Assembly (NCBI RefSeq): GCF_009914755.1
Contig: NC_060931.1
Source of the DNA: the human T2T-CHM13v2.0 reference genome, Homo sapiens
Reading direction: 5' to 3' (one strand)
DNA: 64,000 nt
Shown here: positions 14,227 through 28,830 of the stretch, piece after piece
Position numbering within the stretch: position 1 is the first letter of the stretch
How the letters are laid out: each line of letters opens with the position of its first letter
Notes under the pieces: model-generated
Told to the model about the DNA's origin: nothing
The model's database searches: none
The model's input: the letters and a program-made list of their open reading frames with translations, nothing else
Made by a program: the position numbers and the translations under genes

Positions 14227-17200
14227 AAAAGTATTGTCCCTTAAAACTATTGCTAGCTATCAGGTAACAACATATTCCTTTTTCTCAATAAAGGAATAGA
14301 TTGAATAAATAAATAAATCATCACTTTATTCCCAAATAATCTACATACACCATACTTTTACAAAATAAGTGGCTAAAAAGTAATTTTTAGATTTTTGTAC
14401 CTTTTGATGGGCTTGTAGATATCTAAAAATTTCCGGTAAAGGCAAATCCATCATCTTAAGATACAAAAGATAAAACATGGCTCTGTATTCTTAGGGCGAA
14501 AATGGAGCCTAAGAAATTCTGATTCATAGAGCACTGTACTCACTTTAATTAGGAGCCTAGAACTGAGCTGGAAAGGAATAGATTCTATTGTTTGGTGGAT
14601 CCCAAAAGTGAGATAGATAAAGATCTGAGTACTAGATCTAAATAGACACATAGAAATAAGATACCCTTGGACATATCTAAAACATATTTTGCTGATTTTA
14701 TTCCCTGAAATTCACAAATAGACTTGCTGTGAGAGCCACATGGTACCAAGTAAAAGGCATTTGAGTCAATGGTATGTTGCTCCTGGGTAGCTTCACCCAA
14801 CTGACTTTTTATTATATATCAATTCCTAGTGTGGCTGTACCACTATCATGCGAACTGAGTGGAAATCTACCTTTAATTATACTGCAGTGAATGCTGGTGC
14901 ACATTTTTCATCAATAGAAGCATTATAGTGCAGAATGAAAGGAAAAAAAGGACCGGGGGAGAGTTTTATGATGTTAGATATTGACTTATTCTTTAGAAAG
15001 CAAAAGGGACATTTTAATTTATAATCACACTCCAGGACACCATTTCCATTCTAGTTTCTACAATATTTTTGAGCCTTTTAAAATGTTCTATGCCTTTTTC
15101 AGGGAAGATGAATAAAACATGTTGTGTGTATGTGTGTATAATAATTTTTTAAAATTCCAAAAAGGCAATAAAGTTTTAGTAACTTTGTTGGATAAAATGG
15201 AGGCAAAAGGTGCCAATGAGAACCAGACTGTGTTTCAAAAGCTTCAGTTTACTGTACAAATAAATCGAAGAGAAAAAAAAATCAGATATCACTAGTTGAT
15301 ACTAAGAGAATAAAAATGAATTATGAAAGAATAGCAAAGAACATAGCCCAGGAACTCCAAAAATAATATATGCATGTAGTTGAAGATGTTTCTAAGACAA
15401 GAACAGGGAGGACATAGAAGCAAATTAACTTTGCTGAAAAGCCAGTATATTTCTCAGTTAACAGATAATATTGTATCTACTTAACATGTACAGAATGATG
15501 TCCTGAAGTACATATACAATGTGGTCCTTTACCTTTCATTTAAGTGTAAGGGCTGACACTTCATGTAAGGTTGAAACTTTTGTAGTGGATAAATGAGTAA
15601 TTGGTAAATTTAAGCAATATGGATTTACATAGTAGAGATATATCTAAGTCAACTTTAGATGTTTTTGCAATTGCGTGTCTAATTTTGTTTCAAATAGTTA
15701 ACAAAATAAATAGTGTTGGCATGAAACAATCAGGGATGATGTACCTTCATAATCAGAAAAAACACAAAGCAGTCATTGGTTTGGAACCTTCCCCACACCA
15801 CTTCCCACTCCCCCCATTAACCTCATGTTGAGAATTACCAGGGATAATTAACTTGACCAGGAAATTCAGACTGTGAGATAGTATCATTGCCCAGCATCTA
15901 CCTCCCTCACCTTTTAATTTTTAAGTAATTTGGGAAGAATGTAGGCTCATTAGGTTATCTGTTGCTTGGTTGTAACTAGATGTGGAAATCAGCCTTCTTG
16001 GGGGAGGGATTCTGCAGATTCTGTGAGCCTCTGAAAGTGACTTGGGATCAGCTGAAAGAATGACTCCTTTGGAAACTCAGTATCATGTTTAGCCACATAT
16101 ATTTCTTAGTCTCTTTCCTTTCTTCATCAAGGTTTTTCACAAGAAAATTTTGGGAGAGTCATTCAACATGCATAGAAAGTAATTACCTTTGGTAAACATG
16201 GTATCAGGAAATAATTATGGATATGGCCCCATCTGCAATCATGACTACATTTTCTGACTTATTTTATTCTGATATATTTCCCTTGAGGCTTTTCTAACCT
16301 GAGCTCAGACCCTACTTCTGGGAACTGAAATTCTGTGCTATTTCTGAGTCCTCTTTCTTCTCTCCAGTCAGTGCTTTTTTCCTTTCATTCATTCTCTACG
16401 ATTCAATTTTATAATTACAGTTGTGCCTAGATTCTTACTGTAGCGCTTGGTAGACTCTGATGTTTTCTGAAAGATACTGATGACCTGCCTAGATGTCTGT
16501 TCTCTCTACAATCACTTCTAGTCTTTCTTCTAGCACTTCCAGGCTTTCTGAGTGTCTTTCCGAGATTGAATCTCTATTGCTGAACCTCTGTCCAGAGGCC
16601 GAGATCTTGCTACCCCTAGACGTACAACCTGCTGCCTGTTCCCTGCCTGGATATTGGAGTACTGCTCACCTCCAATTTCCCAGGATTCTCTCCTTCCCTC
16701 ATTCCAATCCTCTGCTATTTTATTTTTAACCCTGACATGGTTGACTTGATTATTTTAGGTCATAACTTCCTCTTGCCTATGAATATTGCTTACCCTTTTG
16801 GGCATGAATTTTAACTACCTCCCAATCTCAACTGCTGCTATCAATCCTTGTGCACACCTGTGCCAAATCTCAGCCACCCCTGTATTCTTTGTCATCAAAT
16901 TCCTATTGCTTCTTGGAATGCAAATCTAACATATAGTGGATTGGGGAAAACTACAAGCAGAAAACTAGTAAAGTTCACATAGTCCCCTAAGATCTTAGCT
17001 TTGGTTGAGCACAGCTTGTCAGCTAACCCCATGGCCAAGATCCTAGGATCGAGAGACCTGCATCTGTAATGCTGTACATAATTTTATGGGCAGGGGCCAG
17101 AAAAGTTGTCCTGTTAGGAAAGGAGAGCCTCTGGAGCTCATTGGTAGTTATCAGGCAACTTCTCTTTTGTGCTCCCTCAGATCTGCTGAGCTAGCTCCTT

Positions 17201-17299
17201 GCTGTACTGCTATAAAGGCTGGCGAGAATGAGACTCCGGGGCCATCCAGATATGCCTCTTATCTACTGCTAAGATTATGATGACAACTGTGATAATAGA

Positions 17300-17445
17300 T
17301 AATAACTATTGAATGCTTACACTATACCTGTCACTGTGCTAAAGCCTTTGCATTAATTATCTTGCTATGGCTCCAATAACCTCGTAAGTTAGGTCCTGCA
17401 TTATTGAGAAACCTTTCTATCTCATTTATACAAATGGTAAAGTCA
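17300..17445 (-). mobile_element. MIR fragment
   Basis: tattgaatgcttacactatacctgtcactgtgctaaagc... resembles the reverse complement of the MIR 3' part; boundaries approximate. Confidence 0.5.
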
Positions 17446-18216
17446 TTCTTCTGGTGACACGAGTTCAAAACTTTGAGAAAAATCAAATTTTGCCTTTTAT
17501 CTTTTCCTGACACATGCGAAGATTTAACAATCACCACCCTTCTTTTAAAGTGCCTCATTCATCCATTATCTCTTTACCCTAATTCAAAAATTCATACCTT
17601 GAAAAACTAATCAAGGGCATCTTATTGCCTAAAAGAATGTTTATCTTCAATTGCTGACCTATTTGTTAGGGTATAGGCGTTATGAGCATGGACTCTGGAG
17701 CCAGATTGCCTACTGGCTATCATGGATTGAGTTCTTTCTCTGTTTCAGTCACTGTTGAAACAAACATAATGTACACAACGGTTTTAAGCCATTTAATGCT
17801 TGGAACAACTCCACAAGATGAAGGACATTATCATCTGCATTTCATAGATTAAAAAAAAACACAGGAATAGACATGAGTAACTCACCAGGGCCCCTTTCAG
17901 CTAGTGAATAGAAGAGCTTTAAAAATTGCCCAGAGCATTTGAGTCTAAAGTCACTAACCTTGGCCACTACCTCTCATATTCATGAAACACTTTGGTGTTA
18001 CATGATCACACAGGATCAGGTACTGTGGAATATGACACATCTGAAATATTTGTTGAAGGCAGAACCTGACATCAATGATGTCCTTATCATGTCCATTGGG
18101 GTTCTCACAGGAGCATTTTAAGTAATCTCCCTTATGTTTCTAATTCTGTCTCCCATATTATCCAAGTTTCTATTTCTACAATACAAGGAAGATAATTCAA
18201 TAGTTTCCCATTACTA

Positions 18217-19060
<844 letters not shown>

Positions 19061-21554
19061 AAAGAATAAGTCCTGATTTCTTAGCATGCCACACAAGAAC
19101 ATGCACAAACTATGCTCCACTGGAGCATTTGGCCTCATTTCTCCTACTTTGCGTCATATTGACTACTTTCCACTCCCTGACAAGGATTTCCTTCTCTATA
19201 TTCCATCCTAGCAAACTGCCATTTATCATTTATTGCCCAATTTTAGTATACTTTCCTTCCCCAAACCCCAGGAAACAATCTACCATCCTCTAGTATAGTG
19301 CCTTGTATCTTGAATAACAATTATTTTTTGTTACATATTAAATCACATACTCCTCTACTATTATGTCTCCCTCATATCTGTACTCCTAACGCCACTCATG
19401 TGTCAGGAAATAGGTAATCAATACTTTCATCTTTGCTTTTTTGGTTTGATTCACACCTAGACTGTTGCAGTTTCCTTGCTCTTCTCTCTGCCTCCTGCCT
19501 CTCTAAACAAGTCCATTCCACACATTTCCTCCTGATTACAATTTCAAAATGACTGCTTCCATTGAGTCATGTTCCCATTCAACAATCTTTCATGAACCCC
19601 CAAGTTTTAAAGATGGTCTCACATGTCCTCTACAAAAAGCCTGAATACTAATTCCATGGCGATCTCAAATCCTTTACAAATTTTAAATTATTGTTTACAT
19701 TTGTTTGACATGATTTATTATATTGTTAAGATATTTGATACTCTGTTCAAAAATGCTTCATCTTCTAAATTTTTTTAAGAACAACAATCCCACTTTTCCT
19801 TTGTCTGTCCACCTCTGAGTTTAGCACAATGTCTTACTTATGGCATGTTTCTAGATATCCAGTTGATTGATTTTTTTAATGTACTGATACCAAGATGTTA
19901 TAAACTATAACTTTACAATTCTGTTATCTTCATCAGTTTATATAAACCAAATTCATTATAAAAGAAGAGTAGCAAATATCTCAAAGGAAATAATTGCTTC
20001 ACTGTGGGAGGCTAATGTGTGTGAAATTGATCAGGAATTAAATTTTAATTTGATACTTTTATAATAAGAGATTTTTTTTAAAGATATTAAAGCCTAGAGA
20101 TGTACTGGGTAAACTATTTCAGGAGTAAAATGAAAGCGTGTATACATTTGCCAGAAAATGTATTCTCAGGAGCATGACGTGAAGTAAAGCCTTGAAATTA
20201 GTCATATTCCCTTTGTATTTATTTTTTTCACACAGAATACAAAATATAAATGTGCATGATTAAAACTAATTTAGTTTTATTCTTTTCTTCAGGCTTGGGA
20301 ATGCATTTGACACGATTAACTCCAGGGAAAAACAAGAGAATAAATTTTTTTTGTACCTTCTACTTGAGATCTCAGATCTCTAGTCAGTTCTACACGATTA
20401 AAACAGAGACTGTCCCTTTATTGTGGGAGTCTAGTCTGACTTGCTTTGTTAAGTGAAATGGCATCTATTGATGATCAAATCATGTTGTCTCTGAAGTATT
20501 TTATTTGAAAACTCCAAGCAATAAGATTACTGTTTAGAAAACCAAACAGAAAAACATAAACTTTAGAGTAACTTTATACGAGACATTACGTGTGGACACG
20601 GAGAAGTAAATTTCACCCCCACCATACTTCCATCCTGACCCCAGCACCTTTATCTTGGGTTCACGTAAGACCATACAGCATACACATACTACACTTCCAG
20701 CACACTTTGTTCAGCTATGGTTGACAGAATAGAGCTAACACATTCTCCACTTTTACCACGTATTCTTTATAATGCAATATTCTATAGGGAAATGTGAAAT
20801 CTGGATCACATGTAGATCTATTGGCAGGTACGTTTCTAATCTTTTTCTCTCCAAAATCTACTGTATCCTATTTCATGCAGGATAATCAGTGTCATCGGCA
20901 TACATAGCAAATGGTTTGTTCATAAAAAAGCTTGATGAGGGAAATAAACCCTTGATAGTCTCTATAGGAATTATTTCCATTAGGAAACTGAAAGAAAAAG
21001 AGGGTGTTCTATATGTATTGTTTTACTGCCCATAGCAGTTTTGTAATACACAATAAGTTTATTACATAGAATAGCCAATAGGCATCAATATTGAAAAATA
21101 GAGAATGTGAGCTGTATTCCTGTACATGCGTGCATTCTCAGCAATGTTGTGTGGCTGATCGGTATTGTGTGAGTGCGTGGGTGTGTGCAGGAGTACATGC
21201 ATGCTTTTTAAAAAATCCTCTAATCTTTGATGAAGTAAAAAACGTTAAAATTCAATAATTCTAATTGAGTGCTATAATGTCTCCATTTGCCACGTTTGAA
21301 TGATTTAGAATAGAAAAGATTAAATCAGTAAGATGATATGACATTAGACAAGTCAGAATTATAGCTCATCTAAAACTTGTATTAAGTGTTTGATTTCTTT
21401 CATTCCTCTTCTCAAACATTTGCATATTAACTGTTAAGCAACAAAATACAGCAATTCCTACCATTTCTAATTTCCTTTTGTTCTCTTAATAAAACCATGA
21501 CAAATAATGCAGGCAAGTAAGGAGAAGAAATATTCAGTGAAGAATCCTCAAAAT

Positions 21555-21796
21555 CGGTGGTTCTCAGCTAGGAGTGATTTTGACCCCCAGGGGATATTTG
21601 GCAATACCTGGAGACATTGTTGGTTGTCACAGCTGGAGAGTGGGGGGTAGGATGCTACTGGCACACAATGAATAGAGGCCAAAAATCCTACTGAATATCC
21701 TGCAAAGCACAGGACAATACCTACCCACCTGCACCTCCCACCAAACAAAGGTTTATTTGTCACCAAATGTCAATAGCATGCAGGTTGACCACCCTG
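21555..21796 (+). mobile_element. MER20 (hAT-Charlie) DNA element
   Basis: cggtggttctcagc...gattttgacccccaggggatatttggcaat...ggttgaccaccctg follows the MER20 consensus as recalled. Confidence 0.85.
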
Positions 21797-22506
21797 ACCT
21801 GAAGGAGCTCCTCTGTTGCACTCTGGAAGTTGAGTGCCCCAGAGGGAGAAGCCTAGACCTCCCACCCACCCCACTCCACGGACTTCCATTTTCTCCCATA
21901 CTGAATAACAAGTTAACACGTTTAGACAAGCTGATTCCTGTAGTCCCTTTTAGGTTTGTTTAGAGCTTTTCTCCTGTTTTATCATTTTGCTCTATGTTGT
22001 TATGGTTTCCTGTTTTCCTTTCCCAACATACATATTTAGAAAAATTCCAGACTCCTTTCTTTGATTTCACTTTTGCTTTCTTTGTGGAAATTTTGTATTT
22101 CAAAGCAATGAAGAGACGTTGTCAATTCCTCTTGGGTATGGTCAGAATAAAGTATAAGATAAGAGAGTTCTCCCGGTACACACTTTATGTACTATTCTAA
22201 GGCATATTTTGTTATTTGTTTTCTACAGATGTCAAGCTCTATTTTTCTAAATATTTGACTCTCTAGTACACTGCATCACTATGACTTGTTCCTACCATTT
22301 TTATCATTAGTAGATGCAAACATAAATTATGCAACTTTGTGTGAGCTTGACATGAGGCAGCAGATAATTATCGCACTGGTCAACATAACAGATTGCCAAT
22401 ATTAGGTTCAGGTGTTATGAAAATTTAATTATATTACAGCATGAGAAAAAAATTGAGCGGGGAAAGGAGCCTTAACTAGCCTGTGTTAGCCTGCAAAGTG
22501 TGTTCT

Positions 22507-23785
22507 AGGGGCTCATTCTGCACTTTCTTGTTCTTCCGTCTCTCTCCTCTGCTCACCTTCTCAGTCTGCCATGCCCTGCTCTGAAGAGGCACCCATCATT
22601 TGCCCCAGCAAGCCACCTAGCCTGTGGAGCAGAGTGACAAACAGCTCCACTTTGCTTAGCTCTGGGAGGAGGCCATGGTCCTGACCCAGGGGTCCGTGGG
22701 GACCACAGGCTATGACCTGGACAGTCCCTACAACTATAAAATGCCACCAATGGAGGAAGCTCTTGTGAAAACAGACATTCAGATAGCTCTTCTGGGTGTT
22801 ATAAACGAGTAACTCCTTGTTCTGGCTTGGATGCAAAACAGATTATAAATGTATGGCTAGTATCATACTTGAAGATTATAGAGGAAATGTTGCTGTTCTA
22901 CTGTTTAATTTAGGCAAGGAAAGTTTGAAGTAAAAAAGAAAAAGTGATCCAGTTGCACAGCTCATTTGTGAACAGATTTTTTATCTAAATATAGAAGAAG
23001 TTTAAATTTTGAATAACACTGAAGTGGGTTCAGGAGGTTTGGCTTTCATCGGAAACAATTAAAATGTATGCCAAGAATAGAAGATGAGAAATCGTACCTT
23101 TTTCTTAAAAATAAAGAGTTTTTGCTTAAAGTGCTTTAGTGTTTTGCAATTCTGTCAACTTATTAGCTTTACTTTCTAAAAAATAAATTTTCTTATGATC
23201 AAGGAAAGAGTACTTCTGCTGGGATCACATAGAAGCTTAATTTCTTGTTTTCCCACAATTGATGATTGTATGTGTATTAGTCCATTTTCACACTGCTGTG
23301 AAGAAATATCAGAGACTGGGTAATTCATAAAGAAAAGAGGTTTAATTGACTCACAGTTCTACATGACTGGGGAGGCCTCGGGAAACTTACAATCATGGCA
23401 GAAGCGAAGGGGAAGCAAACTTGGAACTTTTCACATGGCAGCAGAAGAAAGAGAGTGAGTAGCGAAGGGGAAAGACCCCCTTATAAAACCATCATATCTC
23501 ATGAGAATTCACTCACTATCACCAGAACAGCATGAGGGAAACTGCCCCATGATCCAATAACCTCCCACCAGGTCTCTCCCTAGACACTTGGGAATTATAG
23601 GGATTACAATTCAAGATGAGATTTGGGTGGAGATACAACCAAACCATATCAGTATATAAATCTGCTTTGTGGTGACCTAATGCAAACAGTTTCTTTTTAA
23701 AATCAAATGTACATCAACTACTTACACAAAAAACCTCTATTATTTAATTCAATAAATGATTCCTTTTCAGCAAAAAAAACAAAAA
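22507..23785 (+). pseudogene. DUTP3: Processed pseudogene of DUT (nuclear dUTPase isoform); probably DUTP3
   Basis: ATG 22571 gives MPCSEEAPIICPSK (DUT-N: MPCSEETPAISPSK); segments GYDL, PPMEEALVKTDIQIAL, EDYRGNVAVLLFN, VAQLICE and GSGGF are recognisable across frameshifts and stops; TAA 23060-23062; no introns; UTR homology; A tail 23772-23785; TSD caaagtgtgt at 22494-22503 and 23786-23795. Symbol is from memory of the locus. Confidence 0.93.
23273..23651 (-). mobile_element. THE1 (THE1D-like) MaLR solo LTR inserted into the DUT pseudogene 3'UTR
   Basis: tgtattagtcc...aaaccatatca termini; 5-bp TSD gtatg/gtata; DUT-like 3'UTR resumes after it. Confidence 0.9.
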
Positions 23786-24407
23786 CAAAGTGTGTCCCTT
23801 AGAGCTCTAAGTGGGAGAGAGCTGAAGGCATGATAGAGCAAGGAGAGTGAGCACTGAACACCTTTGTCCTTCCACGGCTCAGCATCCTCTGCGTGGACTG
23901 TGGTCAGGATGATTTTGCATCTTCTTTCAGTAGTCAGCTTAGAAGTTCCTCCTCCTCATCATGTGTTCCTCCTTTCTATTACCAGCTCCCAAGTGGGCCT
24001 CTTGTTTTGCTACTGATAACACCTGACATGCTACTGCCTTTCTATAGTAGCCGAACAGAGGAGAACAATCTTTCTTCCTCTACCTTTACTAACTTGCTCT
24101 TTGATCGCTACAAAAAAAAGTACCCAGTATCCTGTGAGAGTAATAAATGAGATGAAAAAATTATATAATGAGAGAAAAAAAGTAACAGTCCTCCATGACT
24201 ATCATCTCATCTCTGTGATTTTATTCATACGTGAATATTGCAAACACACACACACCCCACAGAGTCTTTCATTTTGGGTACATAATATATTAAGCACTGA
24301 GGGTATAAACAGAGTGCCCTCACTGTATAGATAAATACATAAAACATTATAGATTAGAAAAAAGCTATAAAGAAATCATGCAACATTATATGGCAAAAAG
24401 TGGTGGG

Positions 24408-24723
<316 letters not shown>

Positions 24724-24804
24724 TTAGACTCAGACAGAAAAGATAAGAAAAAGTCACGCTTGGATAGGAAAAACCTAAAATACAGAAGTCCTATGACTTG
24801 TAAA

Positions 24805-25741
24805 TGTGTCCAGAATTGGTTCCTTCCAGTGGGTTTTTGGTCTCGCTGACTTCGAGAATGAAGCTGCGGACCCTCACAGTGATTGTTACAGTTCTTAAAG
24901 ATGGCGTGTCCAGAGTTTGTTCCTTCTGATGTTCAGATGTGTCCGAAGTTTCTTCCTTCCTGTGGGTTCGTGGTCTCACTGACTTCAGGAGTGAAGCCAC
25001 AGACCTTCACAGTGAGTGTTACAGCTGTTAAAGGTGGCACATCTGGAGTTGTTTATTCCTCCTGGAGGGTTCATGGTCTCACTGACTTCGGGAGTGAAGC
25101 CGCAAACCTTTGCAGTGAGTGTTACAGCTCTTAAAGCTGGTGCATCCAGAGTTGTTTGTTCCTCCAGGTGGGTTCATGGTCTCACTGACTTCAGGAATGA
25201 AGCCGCAGACCCTTGTGGTGGGTGTTACAGCTCATAAAGGTAGCACAGACACAAAGAGTGAGCAGCAGCAAGATTTATTGTGAAGAGCGAAAGAACACAT
25301 CTTCCACAGCATGGAAGGGGACGAGCAAGTTGCCGCTGCTGGCTGGGGTGGCTGCTGGCTGGGGTGGCTAGCTCTTATTCCGTTATTTGACCCCGCACAC
25401 ATCCTGCTGATTAGTCCATTTTACAGAGAGCTGATTGGTCCATTTTATAGAGTGCTGATTGGCCCATTTTATGGAGTGCTGATTGGTGCATTTACAAGCC
25501 TTTAGCTAGACACAGAGTGCTGATTGGTGCATTTTTACAGAGTTCTGATTGATGCATTTACAATCCTTTAGCTAGACACAGAGTGCTGATTGGTGTGTTT
25601 TTACAGAGCGCTGATTGGTGTGTTTACAATCCTCTAGCTAGACACAGAATGCTGACTGGTGCATTTACAATCTTCTAGCTAGACAGAAAAGTTCCCCAAG
25701 TCCCCACTCGACCCAGGAAGTCCAGCTGGCTTCACCTCTCA
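24805..25741 (-). mobile_element. LTR12-family (ERV9) solo LTR
   Basis: Minus strand reads TGAGAGGTGAAGCCAGCTGG...CCAATTCTGGACACA; tandem gctgattgg (CCAAT) repeats and U5 repeats; 4-bp TSD taaa at 24801-24804 and 25742-25745. Confidence 0.94.
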
Positions 25742-25789
25742 TAAACATATCACTATTCAATGAATACAAAAAAGGGCAAAAAGAAAGAA

Positions 25790-26660
25790 ATTAGTTTGGA
25801 GAGGTAGGTAGAGGCCAGATTATGGAAGGTATAATAAACTATGGTAAGAAATTAGAATGCAAGCCCACTGGAGGATTTCTTTTAAGGGAATTGAATGATA
25901 TGATTTTTAAAAGATAGCTCTATCTACTATGTGGATAGTGGATAGATAGATGGATGGATAGATAGGTAGATAGATCTCTATCTACTGTGTGGATAGTGGA
26001 TAGGTACATGGATGGATGGATAGATAGATACATAGATAGAACAGAAGGTTATACAGATTATGGAGTGGGAGGTGAGAACAGGGAAAATGAGATAAGGTGG
26101 AAAGCATTGCATAATCCAGGAGTAAGTAATCGTAGTTTTATCTATGATGATAGCCATGTATATGAAGAGAAGTTGGAGGATGTGAGAAATAGTTAAAAGA
26201 TATAACTATCACAACTTGGCAATAGGTCTATGCAGAGTGTGAAAGAAAGGTAGGAATCAAGACTGAATTGTAGGTTCCTCACTTTATTTATAGGTAACAG
26301 TCCCTTTAGCTGATATGGAAAAGAATGCAAAGAGTTTGGAGAGAATCCAGTCCTGTTGTGGACGTGTCACGTTTTAGATGTCTGCTACCTATTTAGGAGG
26401 ACAAGGCAAGTTGTCAGTTAGGGATGTGAGTCTGGAGCTCAGAGAAGAGTCAAGGCTTATGTTATCAGCATGAGGATGGCATTGGTATTGGAAGCCATAG
26501 ATTATTTACTAAGTAAGAACAGATAAACAGAGAAGAGGAAAGAATTCCAAGCCAAGCCTCCAGGAGCTTCATCTTTCAAAATTTGGTAAGAGGAGGAAAA
26601 GCCAGCAAAAAGACAGAGAATGGGCAATCAGATAAGAAGAACTCAAAGAGTACTGAAAGG
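25790..26660 (-). mobile_element. L2 LINE relic containing a GATA/GGAT repeat
   Basis: Diverged L2-like motifs (ggtagaggccagattatggaagg, gagtctggagctcagagaagag); boundaries approximate. Confidence 0.6.
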
Positions 26661-28599
26661 AACAGGAGCACGTCTTAAGAACAGTATTGTAATTTTGTTA
26701 AAAGAAAAAATGTAGAGTAGAGTATAGTTCAGAAGTACAAAGAAGATAATAGAAAAAAAAGTAATAAACCTAAGCAGGCAACTACATAATAGGAAATTCA
26801 CAACTTAGATCTTGACTAAGTGCAAGGCAGAATTGTAAGTAGTCTAAGAATTATTTTCCAACATCTACTGCTTACTAATTTTATGGAAGGCTTAGACAGG
26901 AAAGATACTAATTTCACTAGATAGAGAAAACCTAGGCTAATGCTCTTTGAAAACTGAAAAATATTGTTATATACGTATGAATTATGAATGTTGATTTATT
27001 GTCTACTCCTTGTTCAACCCCTTCCTCCCCACTCCTTATGAGAAATCTGCTCAAAATGGTGAAAGTACAAAAAACAGAACAAGACGACAACAGAGTAGGT
27101 AAGTAATCACACTGTATAATAAAGAAAATAAACTGGAACTACTTGGAATGACTATTGAGGGGAGATGGAAGGATCAGACAAAACCCCAAAAGAAACCCAA
27201 AGGACTATAAAGAAATAGAATATCAGCCAAGGGATGTTTTTAATGAAAACCAAGAAACAGAAAGCTCAGAACTAACATCGGCTAAGGGGCAGTCTGTGGC
27301 AACTAAGAGGTGCTTGATGTATTTTAATTCACAAAATTGTCCCAACACATTGTGAAATGCATATGATCAACCTTTTGTAAAGAGAAGGCCAAAGCTTAAA
27401 AGGTCACACAAATTCTCATAGTTTTATCTGTGATGATAGCCATGGATATGTGAGAGTATCCAAGTTTTACAGAGGCCGAGTTGGTACTTGAAATGAATTT
27501 GGCTTTATTTTTAAACTCCTATACTTTCTAGTACCCTAGGCTAGTGAAAAACAATGAAGTGGCAAATGTTCCAAAGCCAGGGAAAATGTTAAGTAAACCC
27601 AACGCTAAGAGGGAACTGGTGTAACGGGAATGATAAACATGAGTATAATTACTCTTTTGTAATGTTAGGCTGTGAAAAAAGTGAGAAATAGGCCGACAAA
27701 ATGATAGTAAAGTCACATATATCTAGCATGCAAACTATTGAATAAAACAAATAGCCAAATATAACTAAATATAAACTATAATTTTTTTCAGCTAATCCCT
27801 AGAAATAACTTAAAGATGACAATGCAAATATTCACATCTTGTTTGGGCAATTCAGGCAAAAGTCTAATTTAATGGCCTTAAGTTTAGTGTTTCCATTCTT
27901 CACTTTCACCTGTGTAAACATAATTGTTTTGTTTCTTTGCCAATAATTTTATGGAAAGCTTTTTCTAAAGGGTAAAAACAAAACTAAAAAAAAAATCATG
28001 TACACATAAAACATAATTTTTATTTAACATGTATTTGGCAGTCTGTTTTGTTTGCAAATCCAAAAAAGGATAGTTCCTTTTAGGGATTTTTTTAATGTGT
28101 TACTCCAACATGTTTTCACTGCTCCTGAGCAGTTACAAACACAGCACAGAGCTGGGAAGAGCAGCTGGGTCTATCTTTGGCTTTCATGCACTAATGTGGA
28201 AATGGAACTGTCTTTGGGAAGCCTTCCTTGTTAATTGCTAAGATTGGATGTACTTTTGCATCCAAATTCATTTTCCCTGATCTAGTTATGGAAAAAAATG
28301 TGCTATCTTGTACTTTACCAATGGAAAATGGTGGAAAGCATCATGTCTTCTGCCCCCAAATGTGTATTTTGAATTTGATAATTACAGCAATGCTGACATA
28401 GCCAATACCCAGCCTAAGCAGTTTATAGCAAAGACAATGACTCATGTACATAGGGGATTAAATCTGCTTCTGGAAACTACATAATTATCTAGTCGTATTC
28501 AAAAATGTTATAGTCAGAAAAGCACCTAATGATTCATTGGTTCTGTTCTCTGCCTTCTGCTTGCTTAAATAACTAAAATATATTGAGTAATAAATTAGG

Positions 28600-28830
28600 A
28601 GCAGTAGGTTGTGGTGGTTAATTACATAGACTCTAGAACCTGAATGCCTGGGTTCAAATCTACCACATACTTAAATGCCTATGAATTATACTTAATCTGT
28701 GTGTGCCACAGGCTTTTCCTTTGTAAAATGGTATAATGGGGATAAAAATAGTATCTGAATTCCTAGGCTAGCTATAAGAATTAAGTGTGAAATGATTAGG
28801 AGGGTAAGTGGCTCTTACAAGTATTAGACT
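28600..28830 (+). mobile_element. MIR
   Basis: gtggttaa...gactctagaacctgaatgcctgggttcaaatc...tgtaaaatgg follows the MIR layout. Confidence 0.65.

Noticed and set aside
24791-25505. ORFs with internal repeats
   Set aside because: They are translations of LTR12 tandem repeats.
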